From assembly GCA_964398185.1 (NCBI GenBank), contig CAYNML010000025.1, forward strand, positions 4,031 through 68,030: a DNA stretch of 64,000 bases. Reading direction: 5' to 3'. Below, piece by piece: positions 1 through 9,102 of the stretch (positions are counted from its first letter, which is position 1; every line of letters starts with the position of its first letter). The stretch comes from an uncultured Anaerolineae bacterium (GTDB lineage Bacteria > Chloroflexota > Anaerolineae > Fen-1058). The translations under genes were made by a program, and so were the position numbers. The notes under the pieces are model-generated. The model did not search any database and was not told where the DNA came from. It saw nothing but the letters and a program-made list of their open reading frames with translations.

Positions 1-478
1 TGCAGCCCAGATACGGTGCCACGCGCACCCCCTTCAGCGGACGCACCACTTTGCTCTTCAGCACATCCAGGCCGATGTCATTCACCAGCACATCGAGAAA
101 GTGGCGGATGAAGAGGGAACCCGCATCGTAGTGCAGGCCACCTGCCGCCAGGGCGTCATTGACGTTCACGCCCAACTCTGGCCGCTCCTGCATGTAGTAA
201 TCGCACTTGGCCAGGTTCAAGTAGCACGCACTGCACGGCGCCACGACAGTCTTGATGCCGTTCGACTGGTTGTAGGCCAGCGCCAGATTGCGCGCGATCA
301 GCGCGTAGGCCGGAGTCAGGCTTACACCCAGGTACTCGGTGGCCCCGCAGCAGTTCCAATCGCTGATCTCTTCCAGTTTCAGGCCCAGCGGTTCGCACAC
401 CGCCAGCAGCGATTCTGAATAGGCTTTGGCGCTGCTCTCCATGGAGCAGCCGGGGTAATAGAGATACTTGTCTTGCAT
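1..478 (-). CDS. Heterodisulfide reductase subunit B-like CCG-domain protein (HdrB/GlpC/SdhE family), 5'-partial at window edge
   Basis: Reverse-strand frame starting ATG 476-478 reads MQDKYLYYPGCSMESSAKAYSESLLAVCEPLGL...; YYPGCS is the Cys-rich CCG-domain signature. The frame continues to the window edge with no stop. It is not in the ORF track (which lists 156..509 - in another frame). Confidence 0.55.
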   Translation of the reverse strand, partial: MQDKYLYYPGCSMESSAKAYSESLLAVCEPLGLKLEEISDWNCCGATEYLGVSLTPAYALIARNLALAYNQSNGIKTVVAPCSACYLNLAKCDYYMQERPELGVNVNDALAAGGLHYDAGSLFIRHFLDVLVNDIGLDVLKSKVVRPLKGVRVAPYLGC

Positions 479-480
479 GG

Positions 481-1077
481 TTACTTCTCCAGTTCTTTCG
501 CGCGCTCAAGAATCTTGTGCAGCTGCTTGATGCCCTCGATCTTGCGCGGCCGCATGCTCATCCGCTCTTTGGTGAGCATGCCCAGGCCCATGGGCGCCAT
601 GCCCGGCAGGCGCTTCTTCTGATGTTTCAGGTAGTAGCGCGTGGCCAGGCCGAACTCGAAACTGCGCCCGTACTGCTCGACCATATCGACAAAGGTCTGT
701 GCAAAATCGGGCGCGTTCGACTCGACATCGGCGTTTGCCTGAATCGCCATGCTCTTGAGGGTGTACATCACATCGGCGATGTGCACGCCCTGCGGGCAGC
801 GCACCACGCAGTGGTAGCATGACACACAAATCCACGGCGTGTTGCTCTTCAACGCCTGCTCCCGGTAGCCGGCGCGAATCATGGCGAACAACATGCGCGG
901 CGTGTGATCCATGTCTTCAGCTGACGGGCACGACCCACCGCAGGTGCCGCACTGGATGCACATCTCCAACCGCGATACGCCCGCCGTGCGCAGGCTCACC
1001 TCCTCTAAGAAACGCAGATTGGGGTTGGTGGGATCAGGCGTTGAAATATAGGGGACGGTATACATTGAAGCAGTCAA
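481..1077 (-). CDS. HdrC-like 4Fe-4S iron-sulfur subunit (heterodisulfide reductase C / succinate dehydrogenase Fe-S family)
   Basis: Two CxxCxxCxxxCP motifs (CIQCGTCGGSCP, CVSCYHCVVRCP). Sits immediately upstream of the HdrB-like gene on the same strand with a 2-nt gap. Confidence 0.65.
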   Translation of the reverse strand: MTASMYTVPYISTPDPTNPNLRFLEEVSLRTAGVSRLEMCIQCGTCGGSCPSAEDMDHTPRMLFAMIRAGYREQALKSNTPWICVSCYHCVVRCPQGVHIADVMYTLKSMAIQANADVESNAPDFAQTFVDMVEQYGRSFEFGLATRYYLKHQKKRLPGMAPMGLGMLTKERMSMRPRKIEGIKQLHKILERAKELEK

Positions 1078-1335
1078 AGGGCACCTCCTTCGTCAGTCTC
1101 AATTACAACGATTGGGGTCAGAAAAACAGCAGCGTCAAAAAACACAAACGGCCCCATACCCTGTTCGGGCAAAGGCCGTTCTGTCCTCTTGAACGATGGA
1201 AACACACCTTCCATCAGGCTGTCTCGTCTTTCGTAGGTCAGCTAGAACGATCGACAGTCGATGCGGACGATACCGCTGGGACAAAATGTAGCGTCAATGA
1301 TCTGTGTATACTGTTCCATTTGTGGACTGGGCAAA

Positions 1336-1365
1336 CGAGTGACAGATGTCACTCGATCACGTGAT
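1336..1365. promoter_or_regulatory. Candidate operator: 20-bp perfect palindrome CGAGTGACAgaTGTCACTCG followed by palindrome ATCACGTGAT, about 260 bp upstream of hdrC
   Basis: Inverted repeats read directly from the sequence in the 560-bp intergenic region upstream of the hdrCB start. Confidence 0.35.
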
Positions 1366-1637
1366 TTTCATCACGCAGTGTCATCTCCAAACCGATCGCT
1401 TCACACAGCAACCACGGCCCCGCTTCTTCACGCCGACAGCTGCGAAAAGCCGCCCGAAAAGTGATAGAAATCACGATCGCGCATCACAGCAAGCCAAACA
1501 AGCCAGCATGTGATCGCCGCCGATGGATTCCCTTGCTTTTTTATATCCGACCGTGTATCATTCACAGCCGAGAGGTAGTCCAAACGAAAACGCCGACCTG
1601 CTGGTCGGCGTTCGTGACGATAATGTCTGACAGAATC

Positions 1638-1817
1638 TCAGGCTTTGTTCAGGGTCTTCAAGCACTGGGCGCACATGTTGACCTTGCGCGCCTGGCCGTT
1701 CACCACCACCGTGCGCTTGGCAACGTTGGGGCGGAACTGGCGGTTGGTGCGCCGCTTGGAAAAGCTCACATTGTGCCCAAACTGCGGACCCTTGCCACAA
1801 ACTTCACACTTAGCCAT
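1638..1817 (-). CDS. rpmB: 50S ribosomal protein L28
   Basis: MAKCEVCGKGPQFGHNVSFSKRRTNRQFRPNVAKRTVVVNGQARKVNMCAQCLKTLNKA matches L28. The internal ATG at 1815-1817 has an RBS GGAGGTGG 6 nt upstream; the ORF-track start at 1889 is an N-terminal over-extension. Confidence 0.85.
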   Translation of the reverse strand: MAKCEVCGKGPQFGHNVSFSKRRTNRQFRPNVAKRTVVVNGQARKVNMCAQCLKTLNKA

Positions 1818-1951
1818 TGGAACCACCTCTCTGCAAAGTAAGGCGCGTCTCACGACGCGCCGGATAGCGAACGGCGGCAATCTTACCACAGCGATCTGAA
1901 TTGGTCAAACAACCTGTACCCAATCCGACCGAATTGACGCGAAAGGAAGCC

Positions 1952-2308
1952 ATGACCACGGAAACGGGCCTGGGCCGCATTCAAATCTCGCCAAGCGCCG
2001 TAGCGACCATCGCTGCCCACTCAGTGCGTGAAGCCTACGGGGTGGTGGGGCTGGCCGGCAAGAACGCGACCGATCAGCTGATCCGCGAAATCACCGGCGA
2101 TGTCCATCGGGGCGTCGATGTCCGCATCCACGACGGCGCGGTCACAATCGATCTTTACGTGATCGTCGAGTACGGTACGCGCATCGTCAGTGTAGCGCAC
2201 AGTGTGCAGAACCTGGTCAAGTTCAACGTCGAGAAAGCGCTGGGCCTGCCCGTCATGTCGGTGAATGTGCATGTGCAGGGTCTGCGCGTGAGCAACACAG
2301 ATTCATAA
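1952..2308 (+). CDS. Asp23/Gls24 family alkaline-shock-like protein (YloU-like)
   Basis: Asp23-family sequence GRIQISPSAVATIAAHSVREAYGVVGL...; ATG 1952 has RBS AAGGAAG. Lies upstream of the DAK2/FakA gene as in yloU-yloV. Confidence 0.75.
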   Translation: MTTETGLGRIQISPSAVATIAAHSVREAYGVVGLAGKNATDQLIREITGDVHRGVDVRIHDGAVTIDLYVIVEYGTRIVSVAHSVQNLVKFNVEKALGLPVMSVNVHVQGLRVSNTDS

Positions 2309-2326
2309 CCTGCGGAGTTAGCGTCA

Positions 2327-4006
2327 TTGTCTGCTGAACCGAAAGTGCGCACCGAGAAACTGCTCTACGTGGACGGCCAGGGCCTGAAGCGACTGGTGGA
2401 GGCCAGCCTGCTCTGGCTGCGTTATCATCAACCCGGCATTAACGCGCTCAACGTCTTTCCCGTGCCCGACGGCGATACCGGCACGAATATGCTCCTAACC
2501 ATGCAGGGCGCCTGGCACGAGATCGAACATTCCCCGGAAGAAAACGCCGGCAAGGTAGCGCAACTGGTGGCGCACGGTGCGCTCATGGGCGCGCGCGGCA
2601 ACTCCGGTGTCATTCTCTCCCAGCTCTGGCGCGGCTTCGCCCGATCGCTGGACAGCAAGCCCAAGTTCGGCGCAGAGGACCTCGGCCACGCCATGCGCCA
2701 GGCCAGCGAGACCGCCTACAAGGGCGTGCTGAAACCGGTGGAAGGCACCATCCTCACAGTGTCCCGCGCCATGGCCGACGCCGCCGAGCAAGCACGGCGT
2801 GAAGACAACGATCTGCTCTTCATTCTCGATCGTATCGTCGCTGCCGCCAGGGAAGCCGTAGCGAACACCCCCAATCTCCTGCCCGTGTTGAAGCAAGCTG
2901 GCGTCGTCGATTCCGGCGGGCAAGGCTTGACCGTCATCCTGGAAGGCATGCTGCGCTACCTGCGCGGCGAGTCGCTCGAAACCGATCGGACGGCAGAGGC
3001 CGCCGTCGATCTCAAGGAGAAAGTGCCGCCGGATGCCGACCTCGACGCGGGTGATGTGGCCCAGGGATACAGCTACGACGTGCAGTGCATCATCAAAGGC
3101 CACAACCTGGACGTGGAAGCGGCCCGGCAGGCCATCAGCGAGATGGGGCTGTCCACGCTGGTGGTGGGTGACGCTGAAACGATCAAAGTTCACGTGCACG
3201 TGCCGCGTCCCAGCGTAGTCCTGGCCTACGCGGAAACCATCGGACGCTTGCACGACGTCGTCGTCGAAGATATGGCCGCACAGTATCAGCAATATCTGTT
3301 GGGCCGCACCGCGCCGCCGGTTCAATCACCCGTCTACAACGTGGAGCATGGCAGCATTGCCACGCTGGCCGTTGCGCCGGGTGACGGGCTGACACGCGTC
3401 TTTCAAAGTCTGGGGACTACCGCCGTCGTGCCGGGCGGCCAGACCATGAACCCCAGCACGCAGGACTTCGTCAAATTGCTTGAAGCGATCCCCGTCGAAG
3501 AAGCCATCCTGCTGCCCAACAACAGCAACGTGGTCATGGCGGCGCGGCAGGCCGCTGAGATCAGCCAGAAGCGCATCATCGTCGTGCCGTCCAGAACCAT
3601 CCCGCAGGGCATCGCCGCCATGCTGGCCTTCAACGACCAGCGCAGCCTGGAAGCCAACGCCCAGGCGATGGAAGCGGCCACACAGCATGTGCTCACCGGC
3701 GAGATCACCACCGCCACACGCGCCATCGACTATAATGGCGTGAACGTTGAGGAAGGGCACGTTATCGGGCTGTTGAACGACGAACTGACCGCGGCGAATG
3801 ACACCATCGAAGAGACTTTCTTCACACTGCTCGATCAGATGAATGCCGAAGATCTGGAGATCGTCACGCTGTACTACGGCCACGGCGTCATGGCCGCCGA
3901 AGCGGAAGCGCTGGGCGCGGCCGTGCGCGAGAAATACGCCAATCTGGAAGTTGAAATTGTCGAGGGGGGGCAACCCCACTATTACTATATCATCAGCGCC
4001 GAATAA
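2327..4006 (+). CDS. fakA: DAK2-domain fatty acid kinase catalytic subunit FakA (YloV family)
   Basis: Strong YloV/FakA motifs: NVFPVPDGDTGTNM, GARGNSGVILSQL, KPVEGTILTV, NTPNLLPVLKQAGVVDSGGQGL, GGQTMNPST, IPQGIAA, EGGQPHYYY. Confidence 0.8.
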   Translation: MSAEPKVRTEKLLYVDGQGLKRLVEASLLWLRYHQPGINALNVFPVPDGDTGTNMLLTMQGAWHEIEHSPEENAGKVAQLVAHGALMGARGNSGVILSQLWRGFARSLDSKPKFGAEDLGHAMRQASETAYKGVLKPVEGTILTVSRAMADAAEQARREDNDLLFILDRIVAAAREAVANTPNLLPVLKQAGVVDSGGQGLTVILEGMLRYLRGESLETDRTAEAAVDLKEKVPPDADLDAGDVAQGYSYDVQCIIKGHNLDVEAARQAISEMGLSTLVVGDAETIKVHVHVPRPSVVLAYAETIGRLHDVVVEDMAAQYQQYLLGRTAPPVQSPVYNVEHGSIATLAVAPGDGLTRVFQSLGTTAVVPGGQTMNPSTQDFVKLLEAIPVEEAILLPNNSNVVMAARQAAEISQKRIIVVPSRTIPQGIAAMLAFNDQRSLEANAQAMEAATQHVLTGEITTATRAIDYNGVNVEEGHVIGLLNDELTAANDTIEETFFTLLDQMNAEDLEIVTLYYGHGVMAAEAEALGAAVREKYANLEVEIVEGGQPHYYYIISAE

Positions 4007-4032
4007 ATTCACACACCGAGCGATCAGATTTC

Positions 4033-4896
4033 ATGTCACGCGTTCACATCGTTACCGACAGCACCGCGCACTTTCCCGACCCCACCCTGCCCGATCGCCT
4101 GGGCGTCACCGTCGTGCCCCAAAGCATCCAGTTCGGGAAGCAGACGTACCGCGAAGGGGTGGATATTTCGGGCGAAGAATTCTTCCGCCGCCTGCCGCAC
4201 TACGGGACCCTGCCGGCGCTGCATCCGCCCACCGCCGACACCTTCCGGGACCTGTATGCGGAAAAATTCCGCCAGAACAAACAGATTTTATCCATCCATC
4301 TCTCTAGCAAGATGAGCGACACCTTCGCGCACGCCCGCCAGGCCGCCGATGAATTTCTGGGCGGCAACAAGATCGTCGTGATCGATTCGCTGACTACCTC
4401 CATCGGACTGGGCTGGCTGGTCGAAGCCGCGGCTTCGGCCGCGGCCAGCGGCGCGGCGCTGGACGAGATCGTGCGCATCGTGCGCGGCATGATCACGCAC
4501 ATGTACGCCGTGTTCTTCGTCGATCAACTCGACTATCTGGAGCGCAACGGGCGCTTGAGCAAGTCGCAGGCCGTGCTGGGCACCATGCTGGGCATCAAAC
4601 CCTTCCTCACCATCGAGGAAGGCGAGATCATCCCGATGGAGAAAGTCCGCACCCGCGAGAAGGCCATCGACAAGCTGCTGGAGTTTGTCTCGGAGTTTTC
4701 CGCCATCGATCGCGTGGCCATCATGCAAAGCGGCCAGCAGCCCACAGAGGACACGCGCCAACTGCTGGAACGCCTGGAGCAGACCTTTCCGGGGCAATAC
4801 TTCCCGGTGCTGAACTACGGACCGGGCCTGGCCTGCCAGATCGGGCCGAATAGCCTGGGCATCTTCATCTACGAAGGGTCGGGCAAAGAGGGTTAA
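4033..4896 (+). CDS. DegV family fatty-acid-binding protein (FakB-like) 1
   Basis: DegV N-terminus MSRVHIVTDSTAHFP with a family-typical length of 287 aa. Confidence 0.8.
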   Translation: MSRVHIVTDSTAHFPDPTLPDRLGVTVVPQSIQFGKQTYREGVDISGEEFFRRLPHYGTLPALHPPTADTFRDLYAEKFRQNKQILSIHLSSKMSDTFAHARQAADEFLGGNKIVVIDSLTTSIGLGWLVEAAASAAASGAALDEIVRIVRGMITHMYAVFFVDQLDYLERNGRLSKSQAVLGTMLGIKPFLTIEEGEIIPMEKVRTREKAIDKLLEFVSEFSAIDRVAIMQSGQQPTEDTRQLLERLEQTFPGQYFPVLNYGPGLACQIGPNSLGIFIYEGSGKEG

Positions 4897-4898
4897 GT

Positions 4899-4931
4899 AA
4901 CCTCCCGGAGACTTAAAGCCTCCGGGAGGTT
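4899..4931. repeat. REP-like GC-rich palindrome AACCTCCCGGAG-(8 nt)-CTCCGGGAGGTT
   Basis: A 12-bp imperfect stem-loop between the two degV genes. The same CCTCCCGGAG core palindrome recurs at 33111-33141. Confidence 0.5.
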
Positions 4932-4945
4932 TGCACTATTGCGAC

Positions 4946-5776
4946 ATGATCCACATCGTCACCGACAGCACCTCGGACCTTCCGCCGGACATCGTCCGTG
5001 AACTCAACATCACGGTCATCCCGGTGCACGTCATTTTCGGCGAGGAATCGTTCGACGACGGCGTGACCATCACGCGCGCAGAATTCTATCGCCGCCTCAA
5101 GACCACCAAAGTTCTGCCAACGACTTCAACGCCGAGCATCGGCGAGTTTGCCGAAGTGTATCAGCGCGTCGGCGGCGAGATCGTCTCAATTCATGTCGCC
5201 GCCAAATGGAGCAGTTTGCTCGAGGTCGCGCGGCTCGGCGCAGAACTAGCAACCGGCGCGCAAGTGACTTTATTTGACTCCGGCAAACTGGCGATGGGCC
5301 TGGGCTGGCAGGTCATTCTGGCGGCGCGCGCCGCGCAGCACGGCCACTCGGCCACAGAAATCGGGCAGCTCTTGCAGACCGCCAAACACCGTGTGCGCCT
5401 GTTCGCCGCCCTGGACACGCTGGAATTTCTGCGGCGCAGCGGGCGCGTCAATTCTTTTCTGGCGCGCTTCGGCCAGCTGCTCAGCATCAAGCCCATCATC
5501 GATGTCGGCGACGGTGAAGTCTCGATGGTCGATCGGGTACGCACGCGCCGCGCCGCCATCGATCGGCTCCGCGAAATCACTTACCAGCTCGGGCCGCTGG
5601 AATCGCTGGCGGTGCTGCATACTTCGAACTACGCCACGGCACGCACCCTGGCCGACGAGTTTGCCGCGACGATACCCAACCTGCGCGAACCCATCATCGT
5701 CTGCGAAGCCACCACCGCCGTCGGCACGCACGTGGGGCCCAACGGGCTGGGCATCGCCGCGGTCGTAGCCGAATAG
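4946..5776 (+). CDS. DegV family fatty-acid-binding protein (FakB-like) 2
   Basis: MIHIVTDSTSDLPPDIV... is the DegV family. The start is taken at ATG 4946 rather than the ORF-track 4931 because DegV proteins begin at the VTDST motif. Confidence 0.75.
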   Translation: MIHIVTDSTSDLPPDIVRELNITVIPVHVIFGEESFDDGVTITRAEFYRRLKTTKVLPTTSTPSIGEFAEVYQRVGGEIVSIHVAAKWSSLLEVARLGAELATGAQVTLFDSGKLAMGLGWQVILAARAAQHGHSATEIGQLLQTAKHRVRLFAALDTLEFLRRSGRVNSFLARFGQLLSIKPIIDVGDGEVSMVDRVRTRRAAIDRLREITYQLGPLESLAVLHTSNYATARTLADEFAATIPNLREPIIVCEATTAVGTHVGPNGLGIAAVVAE

Positions 5777-5825
5777 CGTATAATTGAGCACACGCTGTGT
5801 GTTCATTCTGATCTGAGACCTCAGC

Positions 5826-8399
5826 ATGACTTTCAAAAACCCGGCGTTTGACAAACTCTATAAAATACTCAAGCTCGAAGCCGGTACCGGTTATCGCGAC
5901 AAGGCCATGATCGGCGGTCTGTCACAATTTGCCGCGCGCTGGCAGCAAGAAGCGGGCGACGGCGAAGACGTGCAGCACATCGCCGACATTCTGCGCACCT
6001 ACAGCCAACTCAACCCGGTCGATCCGCGCCGCATGGCGATCACACAGATCGTACAATTGATGGGGATGCCCGTCAGCGGCGTCAAGCCCAGCACGGCGCC
6101 GATCGAGCCGCCCGCCGAACCGCAGCTCGAGCCGGCCGCTGTCGTGGCCGTCGAACCGCCGCCCGCTCAATCGGGTGCGCCGTCCCCCTCGATCGAATCC
6201 GCGCCGCCCCCGCGGCCCAGCGTCGCCAGCGAACCGCCTCCGCCACCCGCGGCGCCGATCGCCGAACAGAAACCGATCGAGAAGCCGAAGCCCAGGCCGC
6301 TGCCCGAAGCGCGGGACGAACAGGGCAACCGGATCGGACTGGCATCTCCGGTGACGGTCATCAGCGGCATCGGTCCGGCCATCGCCGAAAAACTGGAACG
6401 ACTGGGCGTGAAGACCATTCGCGATCTGCTGTATTTCTTCCCGCGCCGCTACGACGATTACAGCAACCTGCGCCCCATCAACCGCCTGCAGTACGGCGAT
6501 GAAGTGACCATCATGGGCACGGTGTGGGACGCGGGTGACAAGCGCGTGCGCGGCGGCGCGTCGATCTTTCAAGCCATCATCAGCGATGGCTCCGGAACGA
6601 TCCAGTGTACGTGGTTCAATCCATACATCGGCAATCAGATCAAGCGCGGCGTGCAGATCGTGGTCAGCGGCAAAGTCACCGAGTTCAACGGGCGCTTGAC
6701 TTTCTCTTCGCCCGAATTTGAATTGCTGGACAACGAGCTGCTCAACACGGCCCGCATCGTGCCGGTGTATCCGCTGACTGAAGGCTTGTCCAATCGCGCG
6801 CTGCGCAAGTTCACGCGCCGCACCGTCGATTACTGGTCGCCGCGCATCGAGGACAGCCTGCCGGACAGTGTGCGCCACTCGGCCGGCTTGATGAGTCTGC
6901 CCACCGCACTGGCGCAGATCCACTTTCCAGATTCGATCCCGGCGCTGGAAACAGCGCAGCGCCGCCTCGCCTTTGACGAGTTGTTCCTGCTGCAATTGGG
7001 CCTGCTGAAACAGAAGGCGCAGTGGCGCAGCGCGAACGGTCGGGCGCTGTTGGTCGATCGGGCGGCGTTGGACGCGTTCATCAGATCGCTGCCCTACCCG
7101 TTGACCGAGGCGCAGCGCCGCGTCATCGAGGACATTCTCGGCGACATCGGCACACCGCACCCGATGAGCCGCCTGGTGCAGGGCGATGTGGGCTCGGGCA
7201 AGACGGTGGTCGCCGCGGCGGCGATGTTCCTCGCCGCGCAGTCGGGCGCGCAAGCCGCCATCATGGCCCCCACAGAGATTCTGGCCGAGCAGCACTACAA
7301 GAATCTGAGCACGTTATGCGATCAGGTCAATGCGCAGGGCGTGCCGCGCCCGCTGACCGTGCGCTTGCTGACCGGCAGCACTGCGCCAGTCGAGCGGGAA
7401 ATGATCGTGGCCGAAATCGCCGACGGGCGCGCGAACATCATCGTGGGCACGCATGCGCTGATTCAAGAGACGGTGTCGTTCAACGATCTGGCGCTGGCCG
7501 TCGTCGACGAACAGCATCGTTTCGGCGTCGCGCAGCGCGGCGCGCTGCGCCAGAAGGGCCGCAACCCGCATGTGCTGGTGATGACGGCCACACCCATCCC
7601 GCGCACGCTGGCGCTGACGCTCTACGGCGATCTCGATCTCTCGGTGATCGATCAGATGCCGCCGGGCCGCCAACCCATCGAGACGCGCATCGTGCTGCCC
7701 GCCGAGCGCGAGCGCGCCTACTCGTTCGTGCGCGCGCAGATCGAGAAGGGGCGGCAGGCGTTCATTATCTGCCCGCTGGTCGAAGAGTCCGACAAGATCG
7801 AAGCGAAGGCCGCCGTGGAAGAACACGCGCGCCTGCAGAAGCACGTCTTCCCGCAGTTCAAGTTGGGCCTGCTGCACGGCCGCATGAAAGCCGACGACAA
7901 AGACGCCGCCATGCGCGCCTTCGCCAACAACGAGACGCAGATTCTGGTCTCAACGTCCGTCGTGGAAGTGGGCATCGATGTCCCGAACGCGACCATCATC
8001 ATGATCGAGGGCGCGGAACGTTTCGGGTTATCGCAGCTGCATCAGTTCCGCGGGCGCGTGGGACGCGGCGCGCATAAGTCGTTCTGCCTGCTGCTGACCG
8101 AATTGAGCGCCGCCGATCTCACCGAGCGCCTGAAGGCGGTGGAAGCCAGCACCGATGGGTTTGTGCTGGCCGAGAAGGATTTGCAGCTGCGCGGGCCGGG
8201 GCAGTTCTTCGGGACACGGCAGAGCGGCCTGCCCGATCTGCACATGACCAATGTCACCGACGCGCGCCTGATCGATCTGGCGCGGCGCGAGGCGGAGAAG
8301 TTGCTGAACAATGACCCAGAGTTAAGCTCAGAAGAAGATCAACCCCTGGCACAGCGCCTGAAGGAGTTCTGGGCAAGCGGCGCAGGAGACTTGAGCTAG
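5826..8399 (+). CDS. recG: ATP-dependent DNA helicase RecG with a ~170-aa N-terminal extension and Pro-rich linker
   Basis: Helicase motifs GDVGSGKT, DEQHRFGV, TATPIPRTL, HQFRGRVGRG and a wedge-domain region are present. The N-terminal ~80-aa domain plus a ~100-aa P/A/E-rich linker are extra. Confidence 0.9.
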   Translation: MTFKNPAFDKLYKILKLEAGTGYRDKAMIGGLSQFAARWQQEAGDGEDVQHIADILRTYSQLNPVDPRRMAITQIVQLMGMPVSGVKPSTAPIEPPAEPQLEPAAVVAVEPPPAQSGAPSPSIESAPPPRPSVASEPPPPPAAPIAEQKPIEKPKPRPLPEARDEQGNRIGLASPVTVISGIGPAIAEKLERLGVKTIRDLLYFFPRRYDDYSNLRPINRLQYGDEVTIMGTVWDAGDKRVRGGASIFQAIISDGSGTIQCTWFNPYIGNQIKRGVQIVVSGKVTEFNGRLTFSSPEFELLDNELLNTARIVPVYPLTEGLSNRALRKFTRRTVDYWSPRIEDSLPDSVRHSAGLMSLPTALAQIHFPDSIPALETAQRRLAFDELFLLQLGLLKQKAQWRSANGRALLVDRAALDAFIRSLPYPLTEAQRRVIEDILGDIGTPHPMSRLVQGDVGSGKTVVAAAAMFLAAQSGAQAAIMAPTEILAEQHYKNLSTLCDQVNAQGVPRPLTVRLLTGSTAPVEREMIVAEIADGRANIIVGTHALIQETVSFNDLALAVVDEQHRFGVAQRGALRQKGRNPHVLVMTATPIPRTLALTLYGDLDLSVIDQMPPGRQPIETRIVLPAERERAYSFVRAQIEKGRQAFIICPLVEESDKIEAKAAVEEHARLQKHVFPQFKLGLLHGRMKADDKDAAMRAFANNETQILVSTSVVEVGIDVPNATIIMIEGAERFGLSQLHQFRGRVGRGAHKSFCLLLTELSAADLTERLKAVEASTDGFVLAEKDLQLRGPGQFFGTRQSGLPDLHMTNVTDARLIDLARREAEKLLNNDPELSSEEDQPLAQRLKEFWASGAGDLS

Positions 8400-8439
8400 T
8401 GCCGGCGGCGCATTAATCATCTCACGCCAAGCCGCCAAG

Positions 8440-9012
8440 TTGCAAAGTTGTTTTTCGCACCACACCTTCCAAGGAGCCACTTTGACCGTCGCCATCTACC
8501 CTGCCTCATTCGATCCCATCCATTACGGCCATATCGACATCGCCAAACGATCGGCGCTCATCTTCGATCGCGTCATCGTCGCCGTGTACGATCGACCGTT
8601 GAAGAACCTGCTGTTCAACATCGACGAGCGGCTGCAGCTGGCCGAACAAGCGCTGCGCGACGTGCCCAACATCGAAATCACACGCTACAGCGGCTTGACG
8701 GTAGAGTATGCGCGGCAGGCCGGCGCGCAGGTCATCGTGCGCGGGCTGCGCGTGGTCAGCGATTTTGAACTGGAATGGCACATGGCGTTGACCAACAAAC
8801 AGCTGGCGCCTGATATTGAGGTGGTGTGCTTCATGACCAGCCAGGCCTATGCCTTCCTGAGCTCGAGCACCGTGCGCGAAGTGGCGCTGCTCGGCGGCGA
8901 TGTGTCGAGCATGGCGCCGTCGTTTGTGGTGGAGGCGCTGCAGCACAAGGCGATCGAGCGGGCCAAGGACCCCGGCAATCACCCGGTGCCGATTACGTCG
9001 CTGCGCGATTAA
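8440..9012 (+). CDS. coaD: Phosphopantetheine adenylyltransferase
   Basis: VAIYPASFDPIHYGHIDI and SSTVRE match the CoaD nucleotidyltransferase motifs. The true start is possibly TTG at 8482; the ORF-track N-terminus is probably extended. Confidence 0.8.
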   Translation: MQSCFSHHTFQGATLTVAIYPASFDPIHYGHIDIAKRSALIFDRVIVAVYDRPLKNLLFNIDERLQLAEQALRDVPNIEITRYSGLTVEYARQAGAQVIVRGLRVVSDFELEWHMALTNKQLAPDIEVVCFMTSQAYAFLSSSTVREVALLGGDVSSMAPSFVVEALQHKAIERAKDPGNHPVPITSLRD

Positions 9013-9102
9013 GTCAACGCTGCGCGCTGAAATCGATTTGCAAATTTTGCCAACTTGTAAGACACTGTAGGCAGCAATCAACAGCCTGAACGAGGGTCGC
9101 CT

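Noticed and set aside
156-509. 117-aa minus-strand ORF at the window start
   Set aside because: A different frame of the same strand encodes a clean CCG-domain (HdrB-like) protein starting at 476-478; this ORF is the off-frame artefact.
5922-7295. 457-aa minus-strand ORF inside recG
   Set aside because: Antisense to recG helicase motifs, with an R/G/A-rich composition.
8448-8768. 106-aa plus-strand ORF overlapping coaD in another frame
   Set aside because: An Arg/His-rich out-of-frame product; coaD in the neighbouring frame has canonical motifs.
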